IMG/VR virus record: IMGVR_UViG_3300042987_002221
Location: 1-64,000 of that record
Length of the DNA stretch: 64,000 bases
From: an uncultured virus (IMG/VR IMGVR_UViG_3300042987_002221)
Taxonomy: Duplodnaviria > Heunggongvirae > Uroviricota > Caudoviricetes
Reading direction: 5' to 3' (one strand)
Below, piece by piece: positions 11,287 to 20,298 of the stretch (within the stretch, counting starts at the first letter, position 1; the number at the start of each line of letters is the position of its first letter). Under the pieces are notes generated by a model. It did no database searches and had not been told where the DNA came from. It saw only the letters and a program-made list of their open reading frames with translations. The position numbers and the translations under genes are program-made.

Positions 11287-11592
11287 ATGAATACCGAACA
11301 ACTTATTATTGAAGCTAAAGCAAGATTTAATCTAAATTCAGCTAAACAATACTTAAAAGAAAAATACGAATCAAAACTTCAAGTGGCTGAACAAGATGGT
11401 CTATGGAAGGCAGATATTCAAACTATTAGTTTTTTATCTAGTTTTGATACTACAACTCTAGTTGTTGTAGACATATTTGGTAATCCAGTATTAGTAAATA
11501 GAAAAGAACTTCTCGATAAATTATCTTTAGTGTACCAATCAGTTACCAGTGAATGGTACAATGAATTTTCTTCTTTGGAAAATAGAAGATGA
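11287..11592 (+). CDS. Hypothetical protein
   Basis: 101-aa ORF; ATGA overlap with the next gene. Confidence 0.6.
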   Translation: MNTEQLIIEAKARFNLNSAKQYLKEKYESKLQVAEQDGLWKADIQTISFLSSFDTTTLVVVDIFGNPVLVNRKELLDKLSLVYQSVTSEWYNEFSSLENRR

Positions 11593-12395
11593 AAAGAGGA
11601 GCATTACTATTCGCATTCAATTCAGAAAATTGTGATTACTATCATATGGCTGAATTCACAGCAAAAAGAATCAATCATTTTTTAAATTTGCCAGTAACAC
11701 TTGTAACTAACGAAGAAAGCTTACCAGAATACCCAAAATTTAATTTTGACTCTATCATTCTAGAAGAACCTAATACATCTAACAAACGAGACAAAAAAGT
11801 TTGGCAAAATAAAGATAGATATAAAGCATATCATTTTTCTCCGTACGATGAAACACTTTTATTAGATGTTGATTTTTTGATTAACTCAAATAAACTCACA
11901 CAAGTATTTTCAATATACGATGATTTCATGTGTCATGGATCTACTAGTTTTTTCATGTTCCCTAATTTAAACCAAGAATATTTAAGTAAAAATAGTTTTC
12001 AACTATTGTGGGCAACTGCTATGGTGTTTAAAAAAACAACGAAAACAAAACATATCTTTGAATGTATTGAAATGATACAAAATAATTTTGAACATTATGC
12101 TAATATACATGGTTTTTTGGGAGGAGTATATAGAAATGACTATGCACTTACACTAGCACTAAGAATTGCCAATGGTCATAAAATTTCAAACAAAGAATTA
12201 ATACCCTGGAATCTTTGGCATGTATCTAAAGATGTAATAGTTTATCCAAACACAAATAATGAATTCAATACCGAATATACAATGATGGTGGATGAAACAA
12301 AGAATGGTAGGACAAGAAAAAACTATATTGTCATTAAAGACTTTGATTTTCATATGATGTCAAAAGATAATTTTGCCGAGATTGTAAATGGATAA
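11589..12395 (+). CDS. GT-A fold glycosyltransferase-like protein
   Basis: SPYDETLLLDVD (DxD) motif. Confidence 0.55.
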   Translation: MKRGALLFAFNSENCDYYHMAEFTAKRINHFLNLPVTLVTNEESLPEYPKFNFDSIILEEPNTSNKRDKKVWQNKDRYKAYHFSPYDETLLLDVDFLINSNKLTQVFSIYDDFMCHGSTSFFMFPNLNQEYLSKNSFQLLWATAMVFKKTTKTKHIFECIEMIQNNFEHYANIHGFLGGVYRNDYALTLALRIANGHKISNKELIPWNLWHVSKDVIVYPNTNNEFNTEYTMMVDETKNGRTRKNYIVIKDFDFHMMSKDNFAEIVNG

Positions 12396-13182
12396 AGGTT
12401 TCGCAATTATTGCTCAGAATACTAGTGATACTAATTACATCAATTGTGCTCTGGCTTTAGCAAAAAGTATAAAAAAGGTAATGCCTAACAGTAGAATTGC
12501 ACTAATAACAAATGAAACCATCAATGACGATGAAGTGAAAAATTTTGATGTGATCAGTAAATTACCTTACGGAGACTTAGATCATAATGGCAAATGGAAA
12601 CTTTCAAATGATTGGCAAATCTATGAAGCTAGTCCATTTGAACATACAATCAAACTTGAAGCAGATTTGTTGATATCTAAACCAATTGATTATTGGTTTG
12701 ATATTCTTAATCAAAAAGATGTAGTAATATGTACAACGATACGAAATTTCAAACAAGAAATTTCTAATTGTAGGGTATATAGAAAATTCATAGATGAAAA
12801 CAATTTACCAGATTGTTACAATGCAATTACCTATTTTAAGAAATCAAAACTAGCTGAAGATTTTTTCAAGATAGTGAAAGATGTTTTTGAAAACTGGGAA
12901 CAATACAAAAAGTTTCTTAAATGTAACTTAGATGAACCAGTAACAACTGATTGGGCATATGCATTAGCTTCGCATATTTTAGGAAAAGAAAACACCACAA
13001 TGCCAAGCTTCACTGGCATGTCAATGGTACATATGAAACAGTTTGTAAATAACTTACCTTCAGAAAATTGGACAGATGCATTGCTGTATGAAATAAATAA
13101 AGATTCAATAAGAATTAACACTATTCCTCAAGAATATCCATTGCATTACCATATTAAAGATTTTGCAAATAAACTTTTATGA
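12388..13182 (+). CDS. GT-A fold glycosyltransferase-like protein (paralog of the preceding gene)
   Basis: SPFEHTIKLEAD at the position equivalent to the DxD of the upstream gene; ALALAKSIK N-terminal helix. Confidence 0.5.
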   Translation: MDKGFAIIAQNTSDTNYINCALALAKSIKKVMPNSRIALITNETINDDEVKNFDVISKLPYGDLDHNGKWKLSNDWQIYEASPFEHTIKLEADLLISKPIDYWFDILNQKDVVICTTIRNFKQEISNCRVYRKFIDENNLPDCYNAITYFKKSKLAEDFFKIVKDVFENWEQYKKFLKCNLDEPVTTDWAYALASHILGKENTTMPSFTGMSMVHMKQFVNNLPSENWTDALLYEINKDSIRINTIPQEYPLHYHIKDFANKLL

Positions 13183-13475
13183 AACCTGAATTTAGATTGT
13201 ATTATGATGACGATGGTAATGTAGTTAGTTACTCTGGTGAAAAAACTGATTTACCTTACAATTTTATGATAATAGATGCAGCAATTTATGCAGCATGTAG
13301 ATTTGATATAAAAATCAAAAATGGCAAAATTATAAGTGCAACACAGTTGGTATGGTCAAAATATGTACTAGACGACAATGATGGAATTAAATGTGCAATA
13401 GAAGACATTAGTGTTATTGTGTCTGAAAATGAGCCACATCAAAAATGGAGATTAGTTGTTAATGAAATTAACTGA
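13179..13475 (+). CDS. Hypothetical protein
   Basis: 98-aa ORF overlapping both neighbours. Confidence 0.55.
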   Translation: MKPEFRLYYDDDGNVVSYSGEKTDLPYNFMIIDAAIYAACRFDIKIKNGKIISATQLVWSKYVLDDNDGIKCAIEDISVIVSENEPHQKWRLVVNEIN

Positions 13476-14397
13476 TGATTTAGTTGATATTGCAGATTTA
13501 TCTGTGATTTATTTAACCTATGACGAGCCACAAAAAGAAGAATTTTGGCTAAAAATAAAAAACATGTGTCCTTGGGCAAAACGTGTTGATGGGATAAAGG
13601 GAATAGATGCAGCACATAAAGCAGCAGGGTTAGTAAGTGATACTGATAGATTCATTGTAATTGATGGGGACAATTTACCTAATAAACAATTTTTTGATTT
13701 GCAGTTAAATTTCTCCAACAAAGATCCTATATACAAAAAGGCTCAATTTAGATGGAAAGCAATTAATCATATCAATGGATTAAGATATGGCAATGGCGGA
13801 ATAAGTTGTTGGACAAAAGAATATGTAGCCAACATGAAAACTCATGAGGCTCAGACTGACGGTGATGTTGCACGTATTGCTGATTTTTGTTTAGATAGGT
13901 CTGACAATTTATATTGGGCAATGAATGATTGTTATTCAACTACATACCCAAACTATACACCCTTTCAAGCATGGCGTGCTGGATTTCGAGAAGGTACTAA
14001 AATGTGTCTTGTGGGTGGAAAAGTGCCTACTATAAACGAATTTAAAGAACTAATTTCTATCCGTAACTTAAACAATCTAACTATTTGGCATAACGTAGGA
14101 GCTGATGTAGAAAACGGAATGTGGGCAATATACGGGGCACGTATGGGAACTTTCTACACATTTTTTATGGATAGTTGGGATTATAAAGATGTACAATGGT
14201 TTGATTATTTTTCAATGATGTTTGAACAAATAAAAGATTTGAATCCTAAAGAACAAGCTGAAGAAATAGGTCATAGGTTACATGACAAATTAGGTCTTCC
14301 TATTTGTACATTAAATGCAGAACAAAGTAAGTTTTTTAAGCGACACTACAACTACAGGAAAAACATTGATCCATTACAGAAAGAAACACATGAATAG
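13462..14397 (+). CDS. Glycosyltransferase-like protein
   Basis: FIVIDGDN (DxD) and AWRAGFRE motifs; ATG at 13462 preferred over TTG at 13456. Confidence 0.55.
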   Translation: MKLTDDLVDIADLSVIYLTYDEPQKEEFWLKIKNMCPWAKRVDGIKGIDAAHKAAGLVSDTDRFIVIDGDNLPNKQFFDLQLNFSNKDPIYKKAQFRWKAINHINGLRYGNGGISCWTKEYVANMKTHEAQTDGDVARIADFCLDRSDNLYWAMNDCYSTTYPNYTPFQAWRAGFREGTKMCLVGGKVPTINEFKELISIRNLNNLTIWHNVGADVENGMWAIYGARMGTFYTFFMDSWDYKDVQWFDYFSMMFEQIKDLNPKEQAEEIGHRLHDKLGLPICTLNAEQSKFFKRHYNYRKNIDPLQKETHE

Positions 14398-15391
14398 AGA
14401 TGTTTTTTATTTCGGGGAAAAACCAAACGTACATCCAAAAGAAAGATATGCTTATAACTTAACTGATGCTACCAAAAGGTCAAAGACAGAGCATTTTTGG
14501 ATAATAAACGAACACTGTAAGTATGAAAAATTTGATTGGAATTTTGACTTTGATTTTTTAGATGATGATTCTGAACAAAAGATTAATGTTTGGCCCAGCA
14601 TTTATCAAAAGAATAGCGGAACAATGTTATGTTCAAAACATGCAAAGTCTGATGTTATCTATCGGCATGATGTTACTCCATTATCAACTACTAAACAGTA
14701 TTCACCTGACATTATCTTTATGAGTAATGGTGAAGAATGCCGTGAAGAAAATTTTGAACAATTACTTAGAGTCACAAAAAATTTACCAAATAAAGTTAAA
14801 AAAATTGAAAACATAAATGGTAGAGTTAAAGCATTTCATGCAGCGGCTGAAGAAGCTGAATCATTTTGGTTTTATATTGTTTTTGCAAAATTGTTTATAA
14901 ACGATGATTTCAAATTTGATTATGTGTTTGATTATAATCATAAAGACCCAAAACATTATATTTTTTATGCATTAAACCCAGTCAACGGTCTGGTATATGG
15001 TCATCAGAGTTTGGTACTTTACAATAGAAGATTAGTGCTAGAAACATCAGGTAAAGAATTAGATTTTACTATGGAGGGTAAACATGCAGTTGTAGAACAA
15101 CTTGTTGGCACCGCTAAGTTTAACTGTAGTTCTTACACAACTTGGAAAACAGCGTTTAGAGAATGTATAAAACTTTGCAATCAAAAGGATGAAGCTAGCA
15201 AAGAAAGATTAAATGTTTGGCTAACAAAAGCAGAAGGTAATTTTGCTGAATATTGTTTATTGGGCAGTAAAGACGCAGTAGAGTATTACAATATAGTAAA
15301 TGGAAATTATGAGAAATTGATGTTAACATATGAATGGGATTGGTTAGAAAATTACTATAAGACAAAATACGAATCTAGTAATAAATACTAG
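14390..15391 (+). CDS. Glycosyltransferase-like protein (paralog of the preceding gene)
   Basis: Shares the AFHAAA, NPVNGLVYG and TWKTAFRE motifs with 13462-14397; ATG at 14390 overlaps the upstream gene end. Confidence 0.5.
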   Translation: MNRDVFYFGEKPNVHPKERYAYNLTDATKRSKTEHFWIINEHCKYEKFDWNFDFDFLDDDSEQKINVWPSIYQKNSGTMLCSKHAKSDVIYRHDVTPLSTTKQYSPDIIFMSNGEECREENFEQLLRVTKNLPNKVKKIENINGRVKAFHAAAEEAESFWFYIVFAKLFINDDFKFDYVFDYNHKDPKHYIFYALNPVNGLVYGHQSLVLYNRRLVLETSGKELDFTMEGKHAVVEQLVGTAKFNCSSYTTWKTAFRECIKLCNQKDEASKERLNVWLTKAEGNFAEYCLLGSKDAVEYYNIVNGNYEKLMLTYEWDWLENYYKTKYESSNKY

Positions 15392-16270
15392 ATGCAAATA
15401 AAAGAGTTAATCACTGAAAGTTTAAGCCCTATTGTTTTCCACTATACCAGACTATTATCTGCTATAAAGATTTTAGAGTCAGGTACATTTGAATTAAGTA
15501 GTGTATTGGGTAGCATAGAACAAAAATATTCTCCTAAAGGGTATTTTTATTTTTTAAGCACTACCAGAACAAAAGTAGGTGGATATCATCAAGGAATATC
15601 AAGTGATGCTGTAATGTTTGTTTTAGATGGTACTTGGTACAATCAAAGATATCCTGCAAAAAGCGTAGATTATTGGTTGAATAGAGACCCAGCAGTAGCA
15701 TTTCACAGGGCGCATGAAGCTGAAGATAGATTGTTCAGTAAAGAACCTACTATACCTATAACTGGCGTTATGGCTATGCACGTTTATGTAAGTCCGGAAG
15801 CCGAACCACGAACTAGGGCATGGGCAAGAAAGGCATTGATTTTAGCCAAAAAACGAAAAATAAAAACATATTTGTATAATGATAAAGAAGCCTGGAGATT
15901 ACAAGATATCAGAAAACAAACTGATGTTTCTATGCTTGAAAAGGGCGTAGATGATATTAAAGGCTATGTGAGTAGAAATCGTGGATATTTATTGCCATGG
16001 ATAGAGTTACTTTCTTCAAAAGATCCTTCAAAGATGAGTGATAAAGCTAAAAGTTTGGTATATAGTTTAAAATATTATGGCGGAATGTACAAGCAAGATA
16101 TGATTAATGGGTTTGAATCTGATTTATCAAATGCACGTAAACCAAATTCCGGACCTGATAGAAAACATGCAACTACCATTATAAATTTTATGAGAGCTAA
16201 TAGATTAAATGATGTCGGTGAATTGATTGAGTTTTTAAAGAAAAAATATTCTGCAAAAAAACAAGATTAA
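15392..16270 (+). CDS. Putative head-packaged protein, possible ADP-ribosyltransferase-like fold
   Basis: N-terminal MQIKELITE leader; FHYT, FLSTTR and EAE motifs; AATAAATA at 15380-15387. Confidence 0.4.
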   Translation: MQIKELITESLSPIVFHYTRLLSAIKILESGTFELSSVLGSIEQKYSPKGYFYFLSTTRTKVGGYHQGISSDAVMFVLDGTWYNQRYPAKSVDYWLNRDPAVAFHRAHEAEDRLFSKEPTIPITGVMAMHVYVSPEAEPRTRAWARKALILAKKRKIKTYLYNDKEAWRLQDIRKQTDVSMLEKGVDDIKGYVSRNRGYLLPWIELLSSKDPSKMSDKAKSLVYSLKYYGGMYKQDMINGFESDLSNARKPNSGPDRKHATTIINFMRANRLNDVGELIEFLKKKYSAKKQD

Positions 16271-16285
16271 CTTTAAGGTAAACAT

Positions 16286-17131
16286 ATGGCTAAAAATAAT
16301 AATCCAATTATTGATATAGAACAAGATCCAGCATTACATCGTAGACCTTTAATACAAAAGATCAAACAAGAAAAATTCAATCTTAAAATTCCAAAGTTTC
16401 ATTTAAATAAAGATAAACCAGATAACAGAGATTATAAGTATTTGGTTTCATCTAACGTACAAAAAGATGTAGTTGATTTAAGAAATTTTTGTTCTTTGAT
16501 AGAAAATCAAGGAAATTTGGGAAGTTGTACAGGACAGGCAATTGCAGGTGCAATTGAGCTTTTGAATAAAAGAAACAGAAAATCAACTGATGTTAGTAGA
16601 TTGTTTATCTATTATTATGAGAGACAACTTTTAGGAACAGTTAATTATGATAGTGGTGCTTATATACGTGATGGAATAAAGGTAACAAACAAGCAAGGTG
16701 CACCATTAGAAATATATTGGCCGTATGATATAAGAAAATTCAAAAATAGACCCAGTGATGTTTCAGTAAGAGATGCAGCAAAAAGAAAAGTAACATTATA
16801 TGAAAGAATTGAAAACCATAATGGTGTATTGGACGCATTGAATAATGGGTTTCCAGTGATAATTGGTTTTTGTGTATATTCAAGTTTTATGTCAACAACA
16901 GTTGCAAGAACAGGTATAATGCCGCACCCTAATACAGCAAGAGAAAGATTGTTAGGTGGCCATGCAGTTTTATTAGTTGGATATGATAAAACTAGACAAG
17001 TATATATTGCAAGAAACAGTTGGGGAAGTGGTTGGGGAGACAAAGGTTATTTTTATATGCCCTTTAGTGTTATACAAAATCAAAACTTAAGTTTTGATTT
17101 TTGGACAATTAAATCAGTAAACAACCCTTAA
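16286..17131 (+). CDS. Papain-family (C1A) cysteine peptidase
   Basis: QGNLGSCTG (catalytic Cys), GGHAVLLVGY (His), RNSWGSGWGDKGYFYM (Asn). Confidence 0.92.
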   Translation: MAKNNNPIIDIEQDPALHRRPLIQKIKQEKFNLKIPKFHLNKDKPDNRDYKYLVSSNVQKDVVDLRNFCSLIENQGNLGSCTGQAIAGAIELLNKRNRKSTDVSRLFIYYYERQLLGTVNYDSGAYIRDGIKVTNKQGAPLEIYWPYDIRKFKNRPSDVSVRDAAKRKVTLYERIENHNGVLDALNNGFPVIIGFCVYSSFMSTTVARTGIMPHPNTARERLLGGHAVLLVGYDKTRQVYIARNSWGSGWGDKGYFYMPFSVIQNQNLSFDFWTIKSVNNP

Positions 17132-17228
17132 TTGATTATTTGGGAAAATAAAAGCTTGATTTTGAAACATAAATAAGTTAATATTTAACAGTGATATTCA
17201 CAAATTTCTAAACTTTCGGAGGTATATT

Positions 17229-17525
17229 ATGAAATTTATTCTCGCACTAGTAGCATCACTATTCACAGTAGCTTCATTCGCTCAAACAGCAGCTCCCGCT
17301 GCTGCTCCTTCTGCGGCAACTGCGGCACCCGCTGCAGCGGCACCAGCTAAGGCTGATGAAAAGGCAAAGACTGAAATGAAGCTTCCTGCCAAGAAGAGTG
17401 AGCAAAAGGCTGAAAAGAAGGCCGATGAAAAGAAGCCAGCAGCAAAGGCTGATGAAAAGAAGGCCGATGAAAAGAAGCCAGCAGCAAAGGCTGAAGCAAA
17501 GAAAGAAGAAGCTGCAAAGAAGTAA
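17229..17525 (+). CDS. Exported low-complexity Ala/Lys/Glu-rich protein
   Basis: Sec signal peptide MKFILALVASLFTVASFA-Q; KADEKK/PAAK repeats; GGAGG ribosome-binding site. Confidence 0.75.
   Translation: MKFILALVASLFTVASFAQTAAPAAAPSAATAAPAAAAPAKADEKAKTEMKLPAKKSEQKAEKKADEKKPAAKADEKKADEKKPAAKAEAKKEEAAKK
17411..17494 (+). repeat. Exact 42-nt tandem duplication inside the exported low-complexity gene
   Basis: TGAAAAGAAGGCCGATGAAAAGAAGCCAGCAGCAAAGGCTGA occurs twice (17411-17452, 17453-17494). Confidence 0.85.
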
Positions 17526-17543
17526 TTTCTACTTTCTAAATAC

Positions 17544-17571
17544 AAAGGCTACAAATTTTGTAGCCTTTTTT
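17544..17571 (+). terminator. Rho-independent terminator
   Basis: AAAGGCTACAA-ATT-TTGTAGCCTTT hairpin running into a T tract. Confidence 0.8.
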
Positions 17572-17594
17572 ATTGGTGAGACATAAATACTAAC

Positions 17595-18263
17595 ATGAGA
17601 GCATATCAATTTGAAGCAGAAATAAGAACCAGTGCAAGTAAAAACATTAGAAATGCACTACGTAGTAAAGGGTATAAATTAATAGGTAGTGGTGCTGATG
17701 CAACAGTCTGGGCAAAAAATGAAAATGAAGTTATAAAAATCATAATGCCAGACCATGGACAAGGTGCAGGAAATGCAGCACAAACCTTTTTTAAGTTCTA
17801 TAAATTTTGCGAAGAACACTCTGACTTGCAGAACTTACCAAAATTTCAAATGATAGATAAAGAAGGTCAAGGTATCTTTACAGAAGATGGTAAAGATTAT
17901 GTAATGATCATTATGGAAAAACTTACACCTATACCAAATGGAAGTTTTCAAGAAGCAATGGTTTGGATATTAAGTGAATTAGCCACTCGTAAAATGAATT
18001 GGGAACAAGCTGAAGAAATAATCAACGATCCAAATACTTGGATTGGTTATGAAGGTGGACTTGACCCTGAAGATATTATCATGCACTTTCAAAGTTTAAA
18101 ATTAAAAGAAGTTGCCGAATATCAGGTATTGTTTTCATTGATGACATTATTGTTTCATACTGGAAGAATCAACAAACAAGATTGGGATCTTCACACTGAA
18201 AATGCAATGATGCGCGGTAATACCATAGTAATTACTGATCCTTGGATAAATTTAGAAACTTAA
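17595..18263 (+). CDS. Protein-kinase-like fold protein
   Basis: Gly loop LIGSGADATVW, VIKI lysine, catalytic loop DLHTEN, ITDP; CATAAATA at 17582-17589. Confidence 0.75.
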   Translation: MRAYQFEAEIRTSASKNIRNALRSKGYKLIGSGADATVWAKNENEVIKIIMPDHGQGAGNAAQTFFKFYKFCEEHSDLQNLPKFQMIDKEGQGIFTEDGKDYVMIIMEKLTPIPNGSFQEAMVWILSELATRKMNWEQAEEIINDPNTWIGYEGGLDPEDIIMHFQSLKLKEVAEYQVLFSLMTLLFHTGRINKQDWDLHTENAMMRGNTIVITDPWINLET

Positions 18264-18272
18264 CCTTTTTGT

Positions 18273-18301
18273 TTGCAAATCATTCTAATACAGAATACAA
18301 T
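18273..18301 (+). promoter_or_regulatory. Candidate sigma70-type promoter
   Basis: TTGCAA-17 nt-TACAAT upstream of the OMP gene. Confidence 0.4.
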
Positions 18302-18327
18302 ATACTTCTTTTAAAGAAGGAAATTTT

Positions 18328-18777
18328 ATGAAGAAAGTATTAGTAGGTTCAGCAATTGCTCTAGCAGCACTAAGTGTTTCAGCATTTGAACTTGGTGCAA
18401 ACGTTGCAAGAGATTTTGGCAATACACCACGTAACTCAGTAGGTTTGACGGTTGGTAAGACCTTTGGTCCAGTAAATGTAGGTCTTGGGTTTAATCGTAG
18501 CACCGATACACAAAACAATCAAAATCGTTTTAGTCTAGCTGGTGGTGTCAATCTAATGAAGCTTGGTCCAGTTCTAGTTACCCCTAACGTAAGTTTTGCT
18601 TATCTAAGCAATTCTCTAAGTGCTGATGGGTATGCAATGACTGCTGGTGTTGATTTTTCAATGCCTATTACAAAGCGTCTTGATGGTTATGTTGATTACT
18701 CACATCAATTTGGGCAAGATCGTGTAAGTAGGTTTGACGGCGGAGCATTGACTGCTGGTGTGCGATACAAGTTCTAA
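18328..18777 (+). CDS. Small outer-membrane beta-barrel protein (OmpA/Ail/Lom-like)
   Basis: Signal peptide, amphipathic beta strands, C-terminal GVRYKF BAM-type signal. Confidence 0.8.
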   Translation: MKKVLVGSAIALAALSVSAFELGANVARDFGNTPRNSVGLTVGKTFGPVNVGLGFNRSTDTQNNQNRFSLAGGVNLMKLGPVLVTPNVSFAYLSNSLSADGYAMTAGVDFSMPITKRLDGYVDYSHQFGQDRVSRFDGGALTAGVRYKF

Positions 18778-18786
18778 ACACTAAAT

Positions 18787-18815
18787 AAAAAACGGACTTT
18801 ATAGTCCGTTTTTTT
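18787..18815 (+). terminator. Rho-independent terminator
   Basis: AAAAACGGACT-TTAT-AGTCCGTTTTTTT. Confidence 0.8.
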
Positions 18816-18840
18816 ATAAATATCTTTTTAAGGAGCCATT

Positions 18841-19143
18841 ATGTTTAAAACAACAATGGCGTTAACATTCTGCCTTGTAAGCACCTTCGCTAACGCACAA
18901 AACAATGTAATAACATTACAAAAGAAAATAGTTTGCAGTTCTATTAATGATGTAGTTAGAGTTCTTATGAACGAACCTAGTAAAGAACTTCCAATTTGGA
19001 ATGGACTTGATAGTGACAAAAAAGCAAGATATTCACTATTTCACAATCAAAAAACAAATACCTTCACCATTATTGAATTTAATGATAAAGTAGCATGTAT
19101 ACTAGGAGAAGGTATAGAAAGCCAAATAGAGATTAGAAGATAA
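18841..19143 (+). CDS. Exported hypothetical protein
   Basis: Signal peptide ending ANA-Q; AGGAG ribosome-binding site; TATAAATA at 18815-18822. Confidence 0.65.
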   Translation: MFKTTMALTFCLVSTFANAQNNVITLQKKIVCSSINDVVRVLMNEPSKELPIWNGLDSDKKARYSLFHNQKTNTFTIIEFNDKVACILGEGIESQIEIRR

Positions 19144-19144
19144 T

Positions 19145-19170
19145 AAAAGGTGACATAAGTCACCTTTTTT
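19145..19170. terminator. Bidirectional terminator between convergent gene blocks
   Basis: AAAAGGTGAC-ATAA-GTCACCTTTTTT, with an A tract on one side and a T tract on the other. Confidence 0.8.
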
Positions 19171-19171
19171 C

Positions 19172-20026
19172 TTATACTAAGCCCATAGCTTTTCGTATTT
19201 TAGTTGCTGAGATATCATGTATCTCATCACTAAAAACTTCTTGTGTTATTTTATATCCAACATCTCTTCCATATACTATTTCAGTAATGTTGGGTACAAG
19301 TTGAATAGTATATTGACCTTGATATAAGGGATCAAGATCACGCTTGATGAAGTTTTGAACCTGTTCAAAATCGAATGGATTACTACTATTCCAACCTTGA
19401 CAATCACGTATCATGATGCATACTTGACCTGTTTTTCCTAATGCACGTTCAAATAATGCACGATGACCTTTATGCCATGGTTGATATCTACCTAATAACA
19501 TAGCAGTTTCTTTTTTCCAACTAAAAGTAGGTCTTCTACGATTTTGTAAAATATGATTACCTACAAACTCTACCCACTTCTCAGCATTTTGCTCTGTAAT
19601 TCTGAAGTCATATATTTCAGGTGATACGAAAACTTTGTTTGTATCTTCATATCTGCCAGCATCAATTGTATCTATCCATATAGTCCAATCTGCTTTAAAG
19701 TTATGACGCATTTCGGGAAGAGGTGCTACAAAATCACATATCACATAATCATCAGTAGTTTGTAACGCAAACTCTGCCATGCGTAGACTTTGGCGTATTC
19801 TTCCTTCTTTACTGAAATCCCAATCATTATACTTTTTTCTTACTTCATCAGCATTGAACCATTTTACAGTTGATTTGTAATATCTTGGTGGCAATTCATA
19901 TTGCCCCATTCTGTAAGCTGGCATAGAATCTATACTTGAATTTTCTTCAAGATAAGTTTTAAGACGTTCAGAGAAGTAGGTTTTGCCTGCACCAGGCAAT
20001 CCCATTACTAGAATTTTTATTGCCAT
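19172..20026 (-). CDS. Adenylyl-sulfate (APS) kinase-like domain fused to a HUP/cytidylyltransferase-like domain
   Basis: P-loop GLPGAGKT; NADEVR and FSKEGRIRQ motifs (CysC-like); C-terminal GRYQPWHKGH (HxGH) and ISATKIR. Confidence 0.75.
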   Translation of the reverse strand: MAIKILVMGLPGAGKTYFSERLKTYLEENSSIDSMPAYRMGQYELPPRYYKSTVKWFNADEVRKKYNDWDFSKEGRIRQSLRMAEFALQTTDDYVICDFVAPLPEMRHNFKADWTIWIDTIDAGRYEDTNKVFVSPEIYDFRITEQNAEKWVEFVGNHILQNRRRPTFSWKKETAMLLGRYQPWHKGHRALFERALGKTGQVCIMIRDCQGWNSSNPFDFEQVQNFIKRDLDPLYQGQYTIQLVPNITEIVYGRDVGYKITQEVFSDEIHDISATKIRKAMGLV

Positions 20027-20027
20027 T

Positions 20028-20288
20028 TTAATGATTTGCTAATTCTATTTTTCCTGCATTTATTGCAGCAGTAAGATCAGAAAGATCCAGTCCAGAGCCT
20101 GAAATTTCTGGATTTGACATTACTAGTTCAAGATGAACAACATTACGTTCAATATTGCCTTTTCTTTGTTCTGTCCAAGAACCACCGTTCGATAGTTTTT
20201 GCAATTCATCATTAACTACCCAAACACTATCTCTTGCTGCACGAACGGTTCCTTCTATTTGTTCCTGTGTCATTGGTTCTCTGCTCAT
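20028..20288 (-). CDS. Hypothetical protein
   Basis: 86-aa ORF within the operon. Confidence 0.55.
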   Translation of the reverse strand: MSREPMTQEQIEGTVRAARDSVWVVNDELQKLSNGGSWTEQRKGNIERNVVHLELVMSNPEISGSGLDLSDLTAAINAGKIELANH

Positions 20289-20298
20289 AGTTTTTCCT

